Assembly: GCA_010356995.1 (NCBI GenBank)
Contig: ML996688.1
Coordinates: forward strand, 186,001-250,000
DNA length: 64,000 nt
Source of the DNA: Trichodelitschia bisporula
Lineage: Eukaryota
Direction of reading: 5' to 3'
Shown here: piece by piece, positions 1 to 12,856 of the stretch
How positions within the stretch are numbered: position 1 is the first letter of the stretch
How the letters are laid out: each line of letters starts with the position of its first letter
Made by a program: the position numbers and the translations under genes
The notes under the pieces: model-generated
Database searches by the model: none
Seen by the model: only the letters and a program-made list of their open reading frames with translations
Told to the model about the DNA's origin: nothing

Positions 1-322
1 GTGGAATCTGGTTGCGTTTTTGAAGGAGGGGGCGCAGCGCGAGTTTATCCTTGGCTTGCCGAAAGGGTGAGTGAATGGAATGGTTGGGGGGGGGGGGGAG
101 GCTGAGCTAATGGGGCCGCAGGACGCTGGTGCATGTTGAGGTGGATGCTAGCCGGAATCCGTATGAGGCTGAGGGGGGGAAGACGCAGTATGGGCTCAAC
201 TTGACGCAGCGTATGTGACCTCGCCGATTGGATGTGGGAATGGATGCTGACTGGATGTAGGGGAGATCAATGTCCTTTCCTTCCCTAAGAACCAGGGGGC
301 CGAGGAGGAAGCAGCGGAGTAG
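1..322 (+). CDS. RIM1: Mitochondrial single-stranded DNA-binding protein (Rim1/SSB family), 3' part only
   Basis: Exons <1-66, 122-210 and 261-322; introns 67-121 (GTGAGT..GCTAAT..CAG) and 211-260 (GTATGT..GCTGAC..TAG). The spliced product WNLVAFLKEGAQREFILGLPKGTLVHVEVDASRNPYEAEGGKTQYGLNLTQREINVLSFPKNQGAEEEAAE* matches the fungal mtSSB OB-fold pattern (LPKG.LV.VE.D). Confidence 0.8.
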
Positions 323-794
323 GCTATCTCGCCGTTATGATCTCGACGAACGTATGCCCTTCAACGCTCGGGTTGGAGGCTCTTTGTGAATGATATCTCT
401 ACTTTATTTACGACTGGCGTACACGGCGGGGGAGTCCTGTGTATGGTTTATGATCGGGGCGTAGAATAGTGGTTTATGGTTCGGATGATGAGCCGCGCTT
501 GAGGGGCGGAACCTCGTGAACCCGGACCGTAGTTCTCTTCCCAGCTCAACTATGGAAACTCCTCTAGGTGCATTCACCGTTAACCGCCTATCGCGCTTCT
601 ACTAAGCCTGCTCTCGAGCATTGCATCTCGACTATCTCTCGCATCACCCCCCCCCCCCGTCCCAATCCGGCAAGGCTAGCGAGCCTTCCGCGGACCGGAC
701 GAACGTTTTCCCCCTCCGCCCCGCCGCGCCTCCTCCGCCGGAGACTTTTCAATCCCAAGGCTGAACATCCCCACATCACCACAACGCCTCGCCC

Positions 795-2912
795 ATGCTA
801 ACTCGTCGCTCCTTACAAGGCCACCGCGCCATCGCGCTCTGGGGCCACACACCCCGCACCCGACCCCTCGCTCCATCCCGCTGCTTCGCCACCGTCAGCG
901 ATTCGCAGTACGCAACCCTCCGCCCTCGAAGACAGACAAATCGCTAACACCTCACAGACCCTTCGATGTCGTCGTCGTCGGCGGCGGTCACGCCGGCGCC
1001 GAAGCCAGCGCCGCGGCCGCGCGCACGGGCGCCCGCACCGCGCTCGTCACGCCCAGTCTTGATAACCTAGGCGTCTGCTCTTGCAACCCGAGTTTCGGGG
1101 GTATAGGGAAGGGGACCATGCTGAAGGAGATTGATGCGTTGGATGGGCTTGTCGGGCGCGTGGTGGATAAGGCGGGGGTGCAGTTCCGAGTGCTGAATCG
1201 GAAGAAGGGGCCTGCGGTGTGGGGTCCGCGGGCGCAGATCGATCGCGAGTTGTATAAGCGGTATATGAGGGAGGAGTTGGTTGGATATCCGAATTTGAGT
1301 GTGGTGGAGGGTAGCGTGGCGGATGTTGTTGTTGATAAGGAGGGGGATGGGGAGCATGGGCGGATTGTGGGGGTTAGGTTGGAGGGGGGGAGGGTTGTGG
1401 CTACGAATAATGTGGTTATTACTACGGGGACGTTTTTGGGGGGCGAGATTCATATCGGTGAGTTGGATGGGGCGGTTGGAGCGAGGGGCTGACGATATAG
1501 GCCTCAAGTGCTTCCCCGCCGGCCGCATGGGCGAAGCCGCCACCTTCGGCCTCAGCAAATCGCTCCGCGAAGCAGGTTTCCAACTCGGACGACTAAAAAC
1601 CGGCACACCCCCGCGGATAGACCGCAAGACCATCGATTTCTCATCGCTGGAGCCGCAGCCCGGCGACGACCCCCCCATGCCATTCAGCTACCTCAACTCG
1701 CGCGTCGCCGTCGAAAACCAACTCCTGTGCTACATGACGAGCACCAACGCCGAGACCCACGCCATCGTTCGCGCGAACCTAGACAAGAGCATCCACATCC
1801 GCGAAACAGTCAAAGGACCCCGGTACTGCCCCTCGCTCGAATCGAAGGTAATCCGCTTCGCCGACAAGCCCGCGCACCTCATCTGGCTCGAGCCCGAGGG
1901 CTTCGATTCCGACGTCATATACCCGAACGGCATATCCATGACCGTCCCGGAAGACGCCCAAGCCTTACTCCTGCGCACAATCCCCGGCCTCGAGCACGCA
2001 ACCATGCTCCAACCCGGCTACGGCGTCGAATACGACTACGTCGACCCACGGTCTCTGCGCTCCACCCTCGAAACAAAATCCATCGCCGGGCTTTTCCTCG
2101 CAGGGCAAATCAACGGCACAACCGGGTACGAAGAAGCCGCGGCGCAGGGCGTTATCGCGGGCATAAACGCCGGTCTGCGCTCCCAGGGTAAACCCGCTTT
2201 CATCCTCTCCCGCGCGGATGCATATATCGGCATCATGATCGACGACTTGGTAACGAAGGGGGTCTCCGAGCCGTACCGCATGTTCACAGCCCGCAGCGAG
2301 TACCGCATGGCGCATCGCGCGGATAACGCGGATACGCGGCTCACGGCGCTGGGCCGCGCGGCGGGCGTTGTGGGCGATGCGCGCTGGGGGGCGTTTAAGT
2401 CCGAACAGGCGGAGATGGCGGATCTAACGCGCCTCTTGGAAGCGGATACCCGCGCGCCGCCGGCGTGGCATGCAGCCGGCGTGCCCGTGCGCAGCGACAC
2501 CACGCGGCGGAGCGCATTCGACCTACTCCGTATGCCGGGCGTAACCATCGACGCGCTCTCCCACACCGTGCCCGGAATCTCTCACTTCGCCCCTAACGTA
2601 CGCGCGCGGGTCGCCATCGAGGGCGTGTACGCGCCGTACGTGGCACGGCAAGCAGCGGCCCGCGCTGCGTTCCTGCGGGACGAGGGGCTGGGGTTGCCTA
2701 CCGATTTGGATTATGATGCTGTTGTGGGGTTGAGTATGGAGGAGAGGGGGTTGTTGAAGGTGGCGCGGCCGGAGAGTGTGGGGCGGGCGAGGCGGATTGA
2801 GGGAGTTACGCCGAATGGGGCAGTTATGTTGCTTAGGCATGTTAGGAGGCGGAAGGGGGGGTTGGGGGAGGGGGTTGAGAGGGTGATGGAGATGGGGGTG
2901 GTTGGGGCGTAG
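795..2912 (+). CDS. MTO1: Mitochondrial tRNA uridine-34 modification enzyme (GidA/MnmG family)
   Basis: ATG at 795 opens an Arg-rich presequence; introns 908-957 and 1458-1500. Motifs: [15 protein letters not shown] (FAD), [52 protein letters not shown] and [13 protein letters not shown]. Confidence 0.97.
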
Positions 2913-3072
2913 ATGGGTTTGGCAGGCTGGGCATTGCGGGCGTTTTGGGTGGCATGGTTGGGGGGGGGGGGCATAGGCTGTATGAATATCGAGCAAGTCC
3001 GCTACTAGCGATTGTGTCTGCTACTAGCTCTTGTTGCCACGCTGTACACCATCCAGAACCCATACGCCCCGA

Positions 3073-5317
3073 TCATTGCACCAGCGGCAGCGTCTCCCGC
3101 TCCAACCACTTCCTTGTCAACTCATCGCCCTGGAAGAACCCCTTCGTCTTCTCATACACCGTCCTATGATACCGATCGATCCACGCGCGTTCCGCCGGCG
3201 TCAGTAGCGCGATATCGATGAGGCGGCGGCACATGGGCACCATAGTGACGCTCTCGAAGCCCAGGTAGGGTTTCTCGCCAAAGCGATGCTTGGTCTCAAC
3301 CTCCTTGACGATAATAATGTTCTCGATGCGGATGCCGAAGGCGCCGTCTTCGTAATAGCCCGGCTCGTTGGAGATGACGTTGCCGACCGCTAGGGAGACT
3401 TCCGAGTACTGGACGCGCGTGCCGATGCCGATGGGGCCTTCGTGGACATTCTATGTGCCTCGTTAGCTTTCGCTCACTCTTTCCTCCCATCACGTTTCGG
3501 GGCTTGCGTACCAGGAACGATCCAACGCCATGTCCAGTGCCATGCCGGTAGTCCAGCCCCTCGGCCCAGAGAAACTGGCGTGCGAGCGTGTCAAGCGCAA
3601 ACCCACTCGTGCCCTTAGGGAACACAGCCCGGTCAAGCGCAATGTGGCCCTTGAGCACCAGCGTGTAAGCCTCGCGCTCCTGGTCAGTCGGCGTGCCGAA
3701 GTGCAGCGTACGTGTCGTATCCGTCGTGCCGTCGTAGAATTGTGCGCCGGAGTCACAGAGGTAGATTTTTGACGGGTCAATGATGGCGCAAGCCCCCTTC
3801 TCGGGCTTGTAGTGGATGACGGCGGCGTTGGCGCCGGTAGAGGATATGGTGTCGAAAGAGAGGCCGACGAAGAGATCGTGTTTGCTGTTTTCGTTAGCGG
3901 TGTTACGTTTGTGAATTCCGGGGCTCACGATCGGATAGCCTCGAGCTTGTCCGCCGCATCGACCTCGTCGAGCTCCACGCCTTTGGCCAACTGGTCTTCC
4001 AACCAAGCGAAATACTCGATCAGTGCGGCGCCGTCGCGGATATGGCAGGCCTTCATGCCAGCCACTTCGGTCTCATTCTTGACGGCTTTGGCTTCGGTGA
4101 TCGGGCTACGGATCTCCTCGACCTTGTCCTCGCCGCCCAGGCTCTCGCTCAGAGCCCACGAAGACCTGCTGGAGAGGAGGAACTTGGGCGCCGGTTTTCC
4201 GTCAGCCGCCTTGACCGACGTGCTGAGCGCCGTGATGTCAGAAAAGATGGTATCGTACGGGCGAAGCTTCACTGCGTCTCCGAGATGCGCCTTCACTGCG
4301 GAAGAAACCTTGCTATCGTTGATGTAGAGGGTGGCGTCTTCGGGCGTGACGACGGCGTAGGCGAAGAAGACGGGATTGTAGGGGATATCGGCACCGCGCA
4401 AGTTGAACAGCCAGGCAATGTCATCCAGCATAGAGATGACAATGCCGGGGCTCTTCTTCTTCTCCAGCTCTTTCCTCAAATCCGCAAGCTTATCCTCGAA
4501 CTTCTTGCCCGCAAACTTCAGGTCCAACACTATTGCCGGCTCGTTGGTGCGCTCCGGCTTATCGGTTCCCCACACAAGGTCGACGAGGTTCGACGTTACG
4601 GGCAGCAGACCAGCACCACCCTTCTTCTTGATCCGTTCGGAGAGCTTTCGGGCCGCATCTGGAGATTCAGCAAAGCTCGACGGGCCGAGTCAGGGTCTTA
4701 CTGGCGGTGATCAATGCCGGGTCAACGCCCACTGCCTTACCGCCTTCAGACTGTTCCGCAACCCTAGGCGATTAGCTTTCGCCTCGATGCGGGCAAGCAA
4801 CGCACCAGTCCTGCCACGTCGGCACGTCTGTCAGGCCCTGCTTCAGCAGCAGCCAGTTTGTGTCAAGCTGTTTCTCGGCTTGGTTGAAGTAGCGGCCATC
4901 GGTAGCCAGTGCTGCCTTATCCAGTGTCACTACAGCTGTGCCAGCGGAGCCTGTGAACCCAGTGATAAAGGCTGCGCGGGGTAGGGTAAGCTTCGGGCCG
5001 TAAACGCGGCGTCAACCCACGAACCTCGACGGGCGTCGCAGCGGGCAATATACTCAGACTGGTGGGAGTCTTCAGAGGGCACGACTAAGGAAGGGTCAGC
5101 GATCGCTTCAAGCTCTACCCAGCACGCGCGCACTGTACACATCCACCTTGTGCTCTTGCATAAAGCGGCGCAGGCTCGAGAGCCGCTCGGTGGTGTTGAC
5201 GGTGGCCATATCTACGGCGAGATGCTGGTGAAGGGATCTACGAAGAGGAGTTGCAGGCCATCGGCGGGCTGTGGGAGGCCGGCTAAATAGGCTACGCAGC
5301 GAACCAAGTGCTCGCAT
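3073..5317 (-). CDS. Xaa-Pro aminopeptidase P (M24B; XPNPEP1/Fra1-like), multi-exon
   Basis: Motifs [64 protein letters not shown] and [18 protein letters not shown]. Stop TGA at 3073-3075 after [11 protein letters not shown]. Two in-frame ATGs, at 5317 and 5209. Confidence 0.95.
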
Positions 5318-6031
5318 GAGAGTATTCCTTCCCTGCTCCGGTGATGGGGTGGGAGGGAGTTGTACATGGTGCAGATGCGCGTGACGCTTGGCACTGATAT
5401 GATCGGCTAAGGCTGCGGGAAAGAATTAACGGCATCTGGGATTAGCGAACTGCCTTGTAGGCCTTTTTTTTTTTCATTTGGTAAACCGCCTCATTCTTTG
5501 TGTAGAAGGTCAACTGGCAAATGATTGGCGTAGTTATCTAACGGATAGCATTGGAAGCTGGTGGAGGGGAGGAATATTGGAGAGGATATCAACGCTAGGG
5601 CACACCGATTGCCGGAGAGGATTGAGCTTGCCCACACCTCTACATGTATGTGCCAAGATATATCAGTCTCGGTGACTGCACCTACTGTCACAGTAACTAT
5701 CATCTTTGCGTCAGACACTTCCTTTGCACTCAAGTGTTCAAATCAGGCCATCTCGAGCTCTTCTTTGTTTCCAATCGGGACATTCGTAAATCTAGGCATT
5801 CGATGAGGCAAGCAAATGTTTTGAAAACCCCGTGACCAACGAACGCCCCATCGATCGCACCGTCCCCACAGAGATCCAAACCCCCAAACAACTTCCCAAA
5901 ACAGCAATCATGGCCATGACCTTCGATCATCATTGCTATGCCAAGCCTGGCTGCCTTGACACCTGAGCATACCTCATGCTTTGTGGCTTTGGAAGATATA
6001 TCATAACTTTACAACCTCATTTTCCCAACTC

Positions 6032-9000
6032 ATGGATCCCGCTATGGATTCCGCCGACTATGACGTCCCGGATCCTCAGTCCTATGAGGACATCGAAGCG
6101 GTACTTCCATAGTTAAGCTGGCAAGAGAACCAAGAGCTAACCACCGTCAACAGTTGATCAATCAGTTTTATGCACCGCCTATACCGCTGCCACCCCAAAA
6201 GGTACATAAAATCGACCGCAAGCTTCACGATTTGCAACGTTCGCCTCGTGGATGGGAGATTGCTGAGAGGCTACTTCTCAACGGCGACCCCACTATACGC
6301 TTCTTCGGTGCCCTCACGTTTATCGTGAAACTCAACAATGACATGTGAGTCCCTGTTGCTCAGCCGAGCCATGTGTCTAACAAAACGTAGCGGCGGGCTC
6401 AAGCCAGGTGAGTATGAAGCCATCGGGGATATGCTCATCAAGCAGATGCTCCTGCTCGCTTCGGCTGGCGAGAAGCCGTTGGTGCTCCAGAAGTTATGCG
6501 GCGCGCTCGCCCTGTACTACATGACAGATATCGATGTGGGCGCTGAGACGAGCGTTCGGCGACTGATCTGCTCGTGCGCCGCGGGCCAACCCGTGCCAAA
6601 TGATAGCCTGGACAGCTTTGAACCGACTGAAGCCGTGCTCCCGCGCCTTAGTACCCCGTTCCAGCTTTTGGTCCTGAACTTTCTGGCTATGCTCACAGAC
6701 GAGGCTGTGAAGCGCACCGCAGGCTATCCTGCCAATGTCATCGCCCGGTCGGTCTCGCGTCTCGACGCCAACATTTCCGACGCAGCGCTTGCCGTTGTCT
6801 GGTGTCTAAGCCCCTTGCAACAGCCAGCACAGTCGGCACCTATCTTGAGTGCTGCCTTCTCTGGCCTAATCGTGAGTTGTTTCACCGTCATGTCTTGTGG
6901 CAGTTCTAATTTGTAGAGCTGGGTAAACGCAATTCAGAATATATGGCCGCGGGAGCCCACACGGCTAGCCCACTTCCACATGGCGCTAGAGTCCACCATC
7001 ACCTGGTGCGGCAAACTGGACAGCGATGACCCGGCAGAGACGCTTACTGAACTCCTCACGAACTCGGAGAGCGCATTTCAGCTCCCGCATCTCAACGGGC
7101 TCATGAGCCTGCTAACCGGTCCATGGGGTGAAGCGCACTTGCGCACCCTGTTGAATGGCGAGGATCTCGAGGATGCTATCTCTGCCCGGCTGCTTTTTGC
7201 CTTTGGTGTTGCTCGAGCGGCGGATCTTGTATTGCACGAATCAGAGCTCTCGACCCGGCTCCTTGAAATGCTCCACGCGGTACTGCACACTCCAGGTTAC
7301 CCCGGCGCCGATGAGATGATTTCAGCCGAGGCCCTCGAGTTCTGGAACGCCTTCGTGGAGGTCGTCACCGATCGGCCTGATGGCGGCCCCTGGCTCCCGG
7401 CGGCGAAGAACCATATCATCCAGGTAATCCGTGAACTGTGGGCCAAGTGCCGGCAACCATCGACTGAAGAATGGGAGACCTGGGACCGTGATGCCCAGCG
7501 CGCCTTTTCTGCCTTCCGCACCGATGTCAAAGACTTCCTGGAGAATACGTACCAGCTACTTAACGCCACGCAACTGAGCGTAGTTGCCGAGCTTTGTACG
7601 ACGACGGCGTTGGAGCAGCAGAAGTGGGCCGATGTCGAGGCTTCGCTCTTCTGCTTCAACGGTCTCGAGTACATGGGCTCAGACGAAGAAGACGAAGTCC
7701 TCCGCGCCGTCTTCGGCTCCTCACTCTTCTCCACACTCGCCAAAGGCGAAAACGTCCCCGCATCCGTATGCCGAACCGCCCTCAACATGCTCGGCGAATT
7801 CAGCGAATTCTTCAAAAAAACTCAAGCCTTCCTCCCCACCGCCCTCGACTTCCTCTTCGTCTCCCTGCGCTACCCAGCCCTTGCCTCGCAAGCCGTAATC
7901 TCCATCTCGCAACTCTGCTCTATGTGCCGGCACTCCCTCACCTCCGTCCTCCCCAATTTCTTCGAGCAGTACACACTCTTCCTCACCGGCCCCACCGCTG
8001 AAACAAGCAACAAAGAGCGCGTCCTCGGTGCCATCGCTTGTGTTGCCCAGGCCCTCCCCCTGGACCCCAGCCAGGACGCCCTGAGCCGCATCCTCTGGTA
8101 CATAGAGCAGGACGTCGCCCGCGCCGTCGCCGCCGCCCAGGCCAACGACCCGGGCGCCTGCCAGACCGCCGCCCTCGCCGCCATGCTCTGCCTCGCCGCC
8201 GTGTCCAAGGGCTTCCAGCGACAAGACGACTACCCCATCGACCTAGACCGTGAATCCGACCCCTCGAGCCTGGCATACTGGCACGGCGGCCCGGGCTCCG
8301 CACTGCAAGCCCGCATCATGGAATCCATCCGCAGCGTCCTCCTCCTCGTCAACGCAGCCGCAGCCCAATCCCATCCCCTCGAGCTCCACGGCGACATCCT
8401 AGAAGCCATCTGCGTAGTCTTCAAATCCGGTTTCTGCGAAGCCGTGCCAGGCCCGTTCGTCCTCCCCGCGTCCTTCGTCGCCGACTTCATAGACAGCGTC
8501 ACCCTGTCGACGCCCCGCGTGGAGACCGTCCTTGTGATGGCGTGCGCCTTCCTGCGCTCGGGCAAGCAACACCACGCCGAGGCCGCGCGCGTCCTCGTCC
8601 GCCTCGTAGCCATCAGGCACGAAATAGGCGACATCAGAGCCGAAGCCGAAGTCGCACATTGCATCATCGACGTGCTCGCGCGCTACATGCCCGCTTACAC
8701 CCCCGTGCTGCTAGGCTGGAGCGTCGGGCCCGCCGTCTCAGACGCCGTACTCACATTTACGCTCTCATGCCTGGACATCCCCGAGCCGCTGCCGAAGCGC
8801 AGCGCGGCTGCGTTCTGGGTACGTACCGAGCTGACCCTGGACAAGTTTAAGGAGATGAGGCTAATGGCACAGGACTCTTTCCTCGCAGACCGCAACCCCG
8901 CCGACCCCTCCGCCTTCGACGCCGCGCTCGAGCGCTACGGCGGGCAACTGGCGCGCGGGCTGGTATACCAGATCTCCGGGCGGGCGCTACGGACAGAACT

Positions 9001-9286
9001 CGATCCGCTGGCGCGGCCGCTTAAGGCGTTGACGAAGGCGCATCGGCATGCGAGGGTGTGGCTCACGAATGCGTTAGGGAGCGTGGCGACCTCGGAGGCG
9101 GAGCTCCAGCGGGGGATGCAGTTCATCGCGGCTTTGTATGCGTAAGTTTTCGACTTCGAGCCGCTTGTGATGGGAAGAGGGGCTAATGTGGATAGGTCGA
9201 ATACGCTGCGCACGGTCAAGAACGTGGCTACGGCGTATTGGTCTGAGTGTCGCGGAATGGGGGAGTACACGCCGTACTCGCAGTAG
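6032..9286 (+). CDS. Importin-beta family karyopherin (importin-13/Kap122-like HEAT/ARM repeat protein)
   Basis: The N-terminus has an IBN_N-like pattern (LHDLQRSPRGWEIAERLL...RFFGALTFIVKLN), followed by ALEFWNAFVE, WADVEASLFCF and PEPLPKRSAAAFW. Introns at about 6101-6153, 6345-6390, 6872-6916, 8819-8872 and 9142-9195; stop TAG 9284-9286. Confidence 0.85.
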
Positions 9287-9353
9287 CGCGCGCAAATGAT
9301 GTTCTATTCTCTAGTACTATGTACAGCCGTATGTGACGGCAGAGGGGGCATTC

Positions 9354-9902
9354 TTAAAACCGCGCAAAGGCCGCCAGCGCAAACGTCACTCCAAAGGACA
9401 GCTTCATGGCCGCATTATCCTGCACCACTCCGCGGAGGTTAATCCCCTTCGCATAGCCCTGCAGCCGCTGCCAGGGCACCAGGTGTATCCCGCGGGACTC
9501 GAGGAACTGTCCCGCCATCCATTAGCCTTTACCCACAGCATAGATGAGCAATAGAACCCACCTGCACCCCAAATACAAGCAACCCGATCACAATTGCCAG
9601 CGGCTTCGAGAACACGCCCACGACCAGGCCGCCCGCCAGACCTGGCTCTGTTAGCCGCTTTCCGTCCTGTAATTCCTTGCTTTGCTGTAAAGCGATGACT
9701 TGGACCTACCTAGTATGCTCCCCGTGCTCACCTGCCGCAGCGTCTGCGCGCTGAGTACCTTCGCCCCGGATTGACGGAGCGGTCCTGGCCCAGAGGAGTG
9801 TGGCCGCGAGAGGGAATCGGCGTAGACGCGTGGGGACTGGAAGAAGAGGGTTGAGCCTGTGGCGGCGGTGGCGAGGCCGAGGGGGCGGGGGAGACGGAGC
9901 AT
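9354..9902 (-). CDS. FUN14: FUN14-family mitochondrial outer-membrane protein
   Basis: Three exons give MLRLPRPLGLATAATGSTLFF...RQVSTGSILGLAGGLVVGVFSKPLAIVIGLLVFGVQFLESRGIHLVPW...AAMKLSFGVTFALAAFARF*, the typical FUN14 pattern. Both introns have GCTAAY branch sites. Confidence 0.85.
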
Positions 9903-10388
9903 TGGGGCGGGGGAAGGGGTGTGGAGATGTGTGTGCTGGGTTTGGAGTGGTGAATTGGGTGTGAGATGGACGTGAATTGGCTGTGAGATGAAGCTGGAGG
10001 TGAGGTACCTTTTGTTCAGGCTTAAGTCGTTACGCGGTGATGTCAGCGTGCCTGAGGCACGAGATCTTATCGATAGAGCGTGCAAGCCACACGCGCCACA
10101 AGTGCGGGGTTACATCTGCGCCCCGCGTTGGTCACGCATAAAAATCTGCTGCCCCCCGCAATCGGCGCAAATATGCGGGATGAATGCATGCAGGGCTTAG
10201 GTAAGAGCGAAAAAAGTGTGCTTAAGGCAACTCGACGCGAGGCCCAGCCCGCGGGTGTATGAGTGATACGAGGGGCTCGAGTCGTAGGGCGCGGAAGGGG
10301 TGGGTAGAGTCGGATGTTCACTGAGGAGGGAAAAAAAGGGTATTGACTCACCTCCACTACATAGACTCATAACCACGCCCCTTTTCTT

Positions 10389-10422
10389 TCTCCGTATCCC
10401 ATCTCCGTATCCCATCTCCGTA
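10389..10422 (+). repeat. Tandem 13-bp repeat (TCTCCGTATCCCA x2.6) upstream of PDX1
   Basis: Read directly from the sequence. Confidence 0.85.
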
Positions 10423-10477
10423 CTCGAATCTCTGCCACAAGTGCCACTACGTAGTCAATTGATACACCTCAGCAGCA

Positions 10478-11642
10478 ATGGCAACCGACCTCCCCATCCA
10501 CGCCAACGGCACGGCCGCGCCCCGCGCCGACGAAGACGCCGGTGATAACCAGCAAGCCGTCAAGGAGGGTCTGGCGCGTATGCTCAAGGGCGGCGTGATC
10601 ATGGACGTGGTCAACGCAGAACAGGCACTTCTCCCCTTCCACCCCCCCCCCCCCCACCCCCCCCAATTCCCATCCCCCGCCATCCTCCACATAGCGACTA
10701 ACCCCCCTCCCCAGGCCCGCATCGCCGAAGAAGCCGGCGCCGCCGCCGTCATGGCCCTCGAGCGCGTGCCAGCCGACATCCGCGCCGACGGCGGCGTAGC
10801 GCGCATGAGCGACCCGAAGATGATCCAGGAGATCATGGCGGCGGTTACGATTCCCGTCATGGCAAAGGCGCGGATTGGGCATTTCGTTGAGTGCCAGGTA
10901 CGGCCGCTTCCCCCCTCCGATATCGCCCCCGCCCTACCCCCCCAACACTAGCATCGATCTCCGCCCCCCTCCCCAGCACTAGCACCAGATCTCGTCCCCC
11001 CCATCCCCCACCCCCGGCTAACCTCCCCAGATCCTTGAAGCCCTCGGCGTAGACTACATCGACGAATCCGAAGTCCTCACCCCAGCAGACCCCACGCACC
11101 ACGTCGAAAAAGCCCCCTTCCGCGTCCCCTTCGTCTGCGGGTGCCGCAACCTCGGCGAAGCCCTGCGTCGTATCGCCGAAGGCGCCGCCATGATCCGGAC
11201 AAAAGGCGAGGCCGGGACTGGAGACGTCGTCGAGGCGGTGCGGCACATGCGCACCGTCAACGCCGAGATCGCGCGGGCCGCAGGCATGAATATTGAAGAA
11301 CTGAGGATGTATGCCCGGGAGCTAGGGGCGCCGTTTGAGTTGCTGAAGCGCACGGCGGAGTTGAAGCGCCTGCCGGTTGTTAATTTTGCGGCGGGGGGGG
11401 TGGCCACCCCTGCGGACGCGGCGCTTATGATGCAGCTTGGGTGCGATGGGGTTTTTGTTGGGAGTGGGATTTTTAAGAGTGGGGATGCGGCGAAGAGGGC
11501 GAGGGCGATTGTGCAGGCGGTTACGCATTATAAGGATGCGAAGGTGCTGGCGGAGGTTAGTAGGGATTTGGGGGAGGCGATGGTGGGGATTAATACCGGG
11601 GCGATGGCGGAGGGGGATCGGTTGGCGAAGAGGGGGGTGTAA
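10478..11642 (+). CDS. PDX1: Pyridoxal 5'-phosphate synthase subunit Pdx1 (SNZ/pyroA)
   Basis: Motifs [57 protein letters not shown] and [32 protein letters not shown]. Introns 10625-10714 (GC-AG) and 10898-11030. Confidence 0.98.
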
Positions 11643-11891
11643 GGGGGGAAATGCGAGTCCGGAAATGTGCTTAGAAACGAGGCGGAGGGATGGACTGGGC
11701 ATGGAGTGGATGTGATACGTGAGGAGGAAGGCGGCGTTCTGTTCTCCTTTCTTGCATCTTCGCGTGGATTTCTGTTAGAGGTGTGGCCAGCGCTCAACCG
11801 GTGGTAGATGTAGACGCACCCGTCGAACGATTGCGCCCGTCGAATTACGAGCATGTACACCATGGCTACAATGTATCCCTCATCTGAGACC

Positions 11892-12856
11892 TCATGACGT
11901 CCTCTTCTCCTCTTCCTCTTTCCCCCCCTCCTCCTTCCCCATCTCCCTTACCCCCACCACCCCCGCCGCAACCGCACAAAGCGCCATACAACTCCCCAAT
12001 ATCATCCTCCCCCTAAACCCCTGCTTGCGAATCAACTCCCTATCCGTCCCCAATATCTTCACCGCGCTCGGATTAAACACATAACTCACGCCACTCCACA
12101 CCGTTGTCCCCGCTACTACACTCCCGAGGCCCAACACCACACCCCTCACCGTGCCGGCATCCAACCAGCCCAGCTCTGCTATAAGCGGCGCGGCGGTACA
12201 AGCCCCAACCAACACCAGTTGCAGGAACGTATTCGCCTTGCTGACGGCAGTGGGATGAACTTCGGCGCTCGGCAGGCTGAAGTCCCAGTACCGAGTAAAA
12301 GTCTTCGGCGGGGGGAGGGAGGCGTAGCGGTAATACAGCGCTGCGATGGCGAGGGAGGCGTCGCGGCCGAGGATTAGGATGGCGAGGGACACTGGGTTCC
12401 GTCAGCTCGCACGGCGGGGATGGAAGAATAGGGGGACGTACGTGGTAAAGCCCCCTTGGCGGCCAGGCACCCGACGAGGATGGTCATGAGCATTTTGTCA
12501 GCCATGGGGTCCATGACGCTGCCGACGACGGTTTGCAGGTGGTACCGGCGGGCCATCCACCCGTCTATCAGGTCCGTGATGCCGGCGTAGGCGAAGAGGG
12601 AGAAGGCGAGGGTGTGCTGATCGTGGAGGACGAAGTAGCCTACGAGGGGGGCGGCGAGGATGCGCGACACGGTGAGGGCGTTAGGGATGGTGTAGATGTT
12701 TTCGTGTTTTGTTGTTATTGGTGGAGGGGTGGGGGGTAAGGTGGCGAGGTGTCTGTGGAGGATAGGGGATGAGAGGGAGAGGGGGGTGAGGTGGGATCTG
12801 GTGTTGTTGGTGACGAAGCGGGAGGAGACATTGCTGGCGATGGGGCGGAAGAGGAC
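11892..12856 (-). CDS. CRD1: Cardiolipin synthase (CDP-alcohol phosphatidyltransferase); start codon unresolved
   Basis: Motifs HENIYTIPNALTVSRI, TDLIDGWMARRY..QTVVGSVMDPMADK (CDP-OH motif), RYASLPPPKTFTRYWDFSLPSAEVHPT and SKANTFLQ. One intron at about 12392-12441. The open frame extends upstream through a presequence-like segment to a TAA at 12866-12868 with no ATG. Confidence 0.9.

Noticed and set aside
10944..11002. Imperfect duplication CACTAGCA..GATCTC in PDX1 intron 2, considered as a riboswitch or snoRNA
   Set aside because: No TPP-aptamer or C/D or H/ACA features; looks like local slippage in C-rich DNA.
10478..11642. PDX1 without an adjacent PDX2/SNO gene
   Set aside because: Linkage of the pair is variable among fungi, and absence from this window says nothing about the genome.
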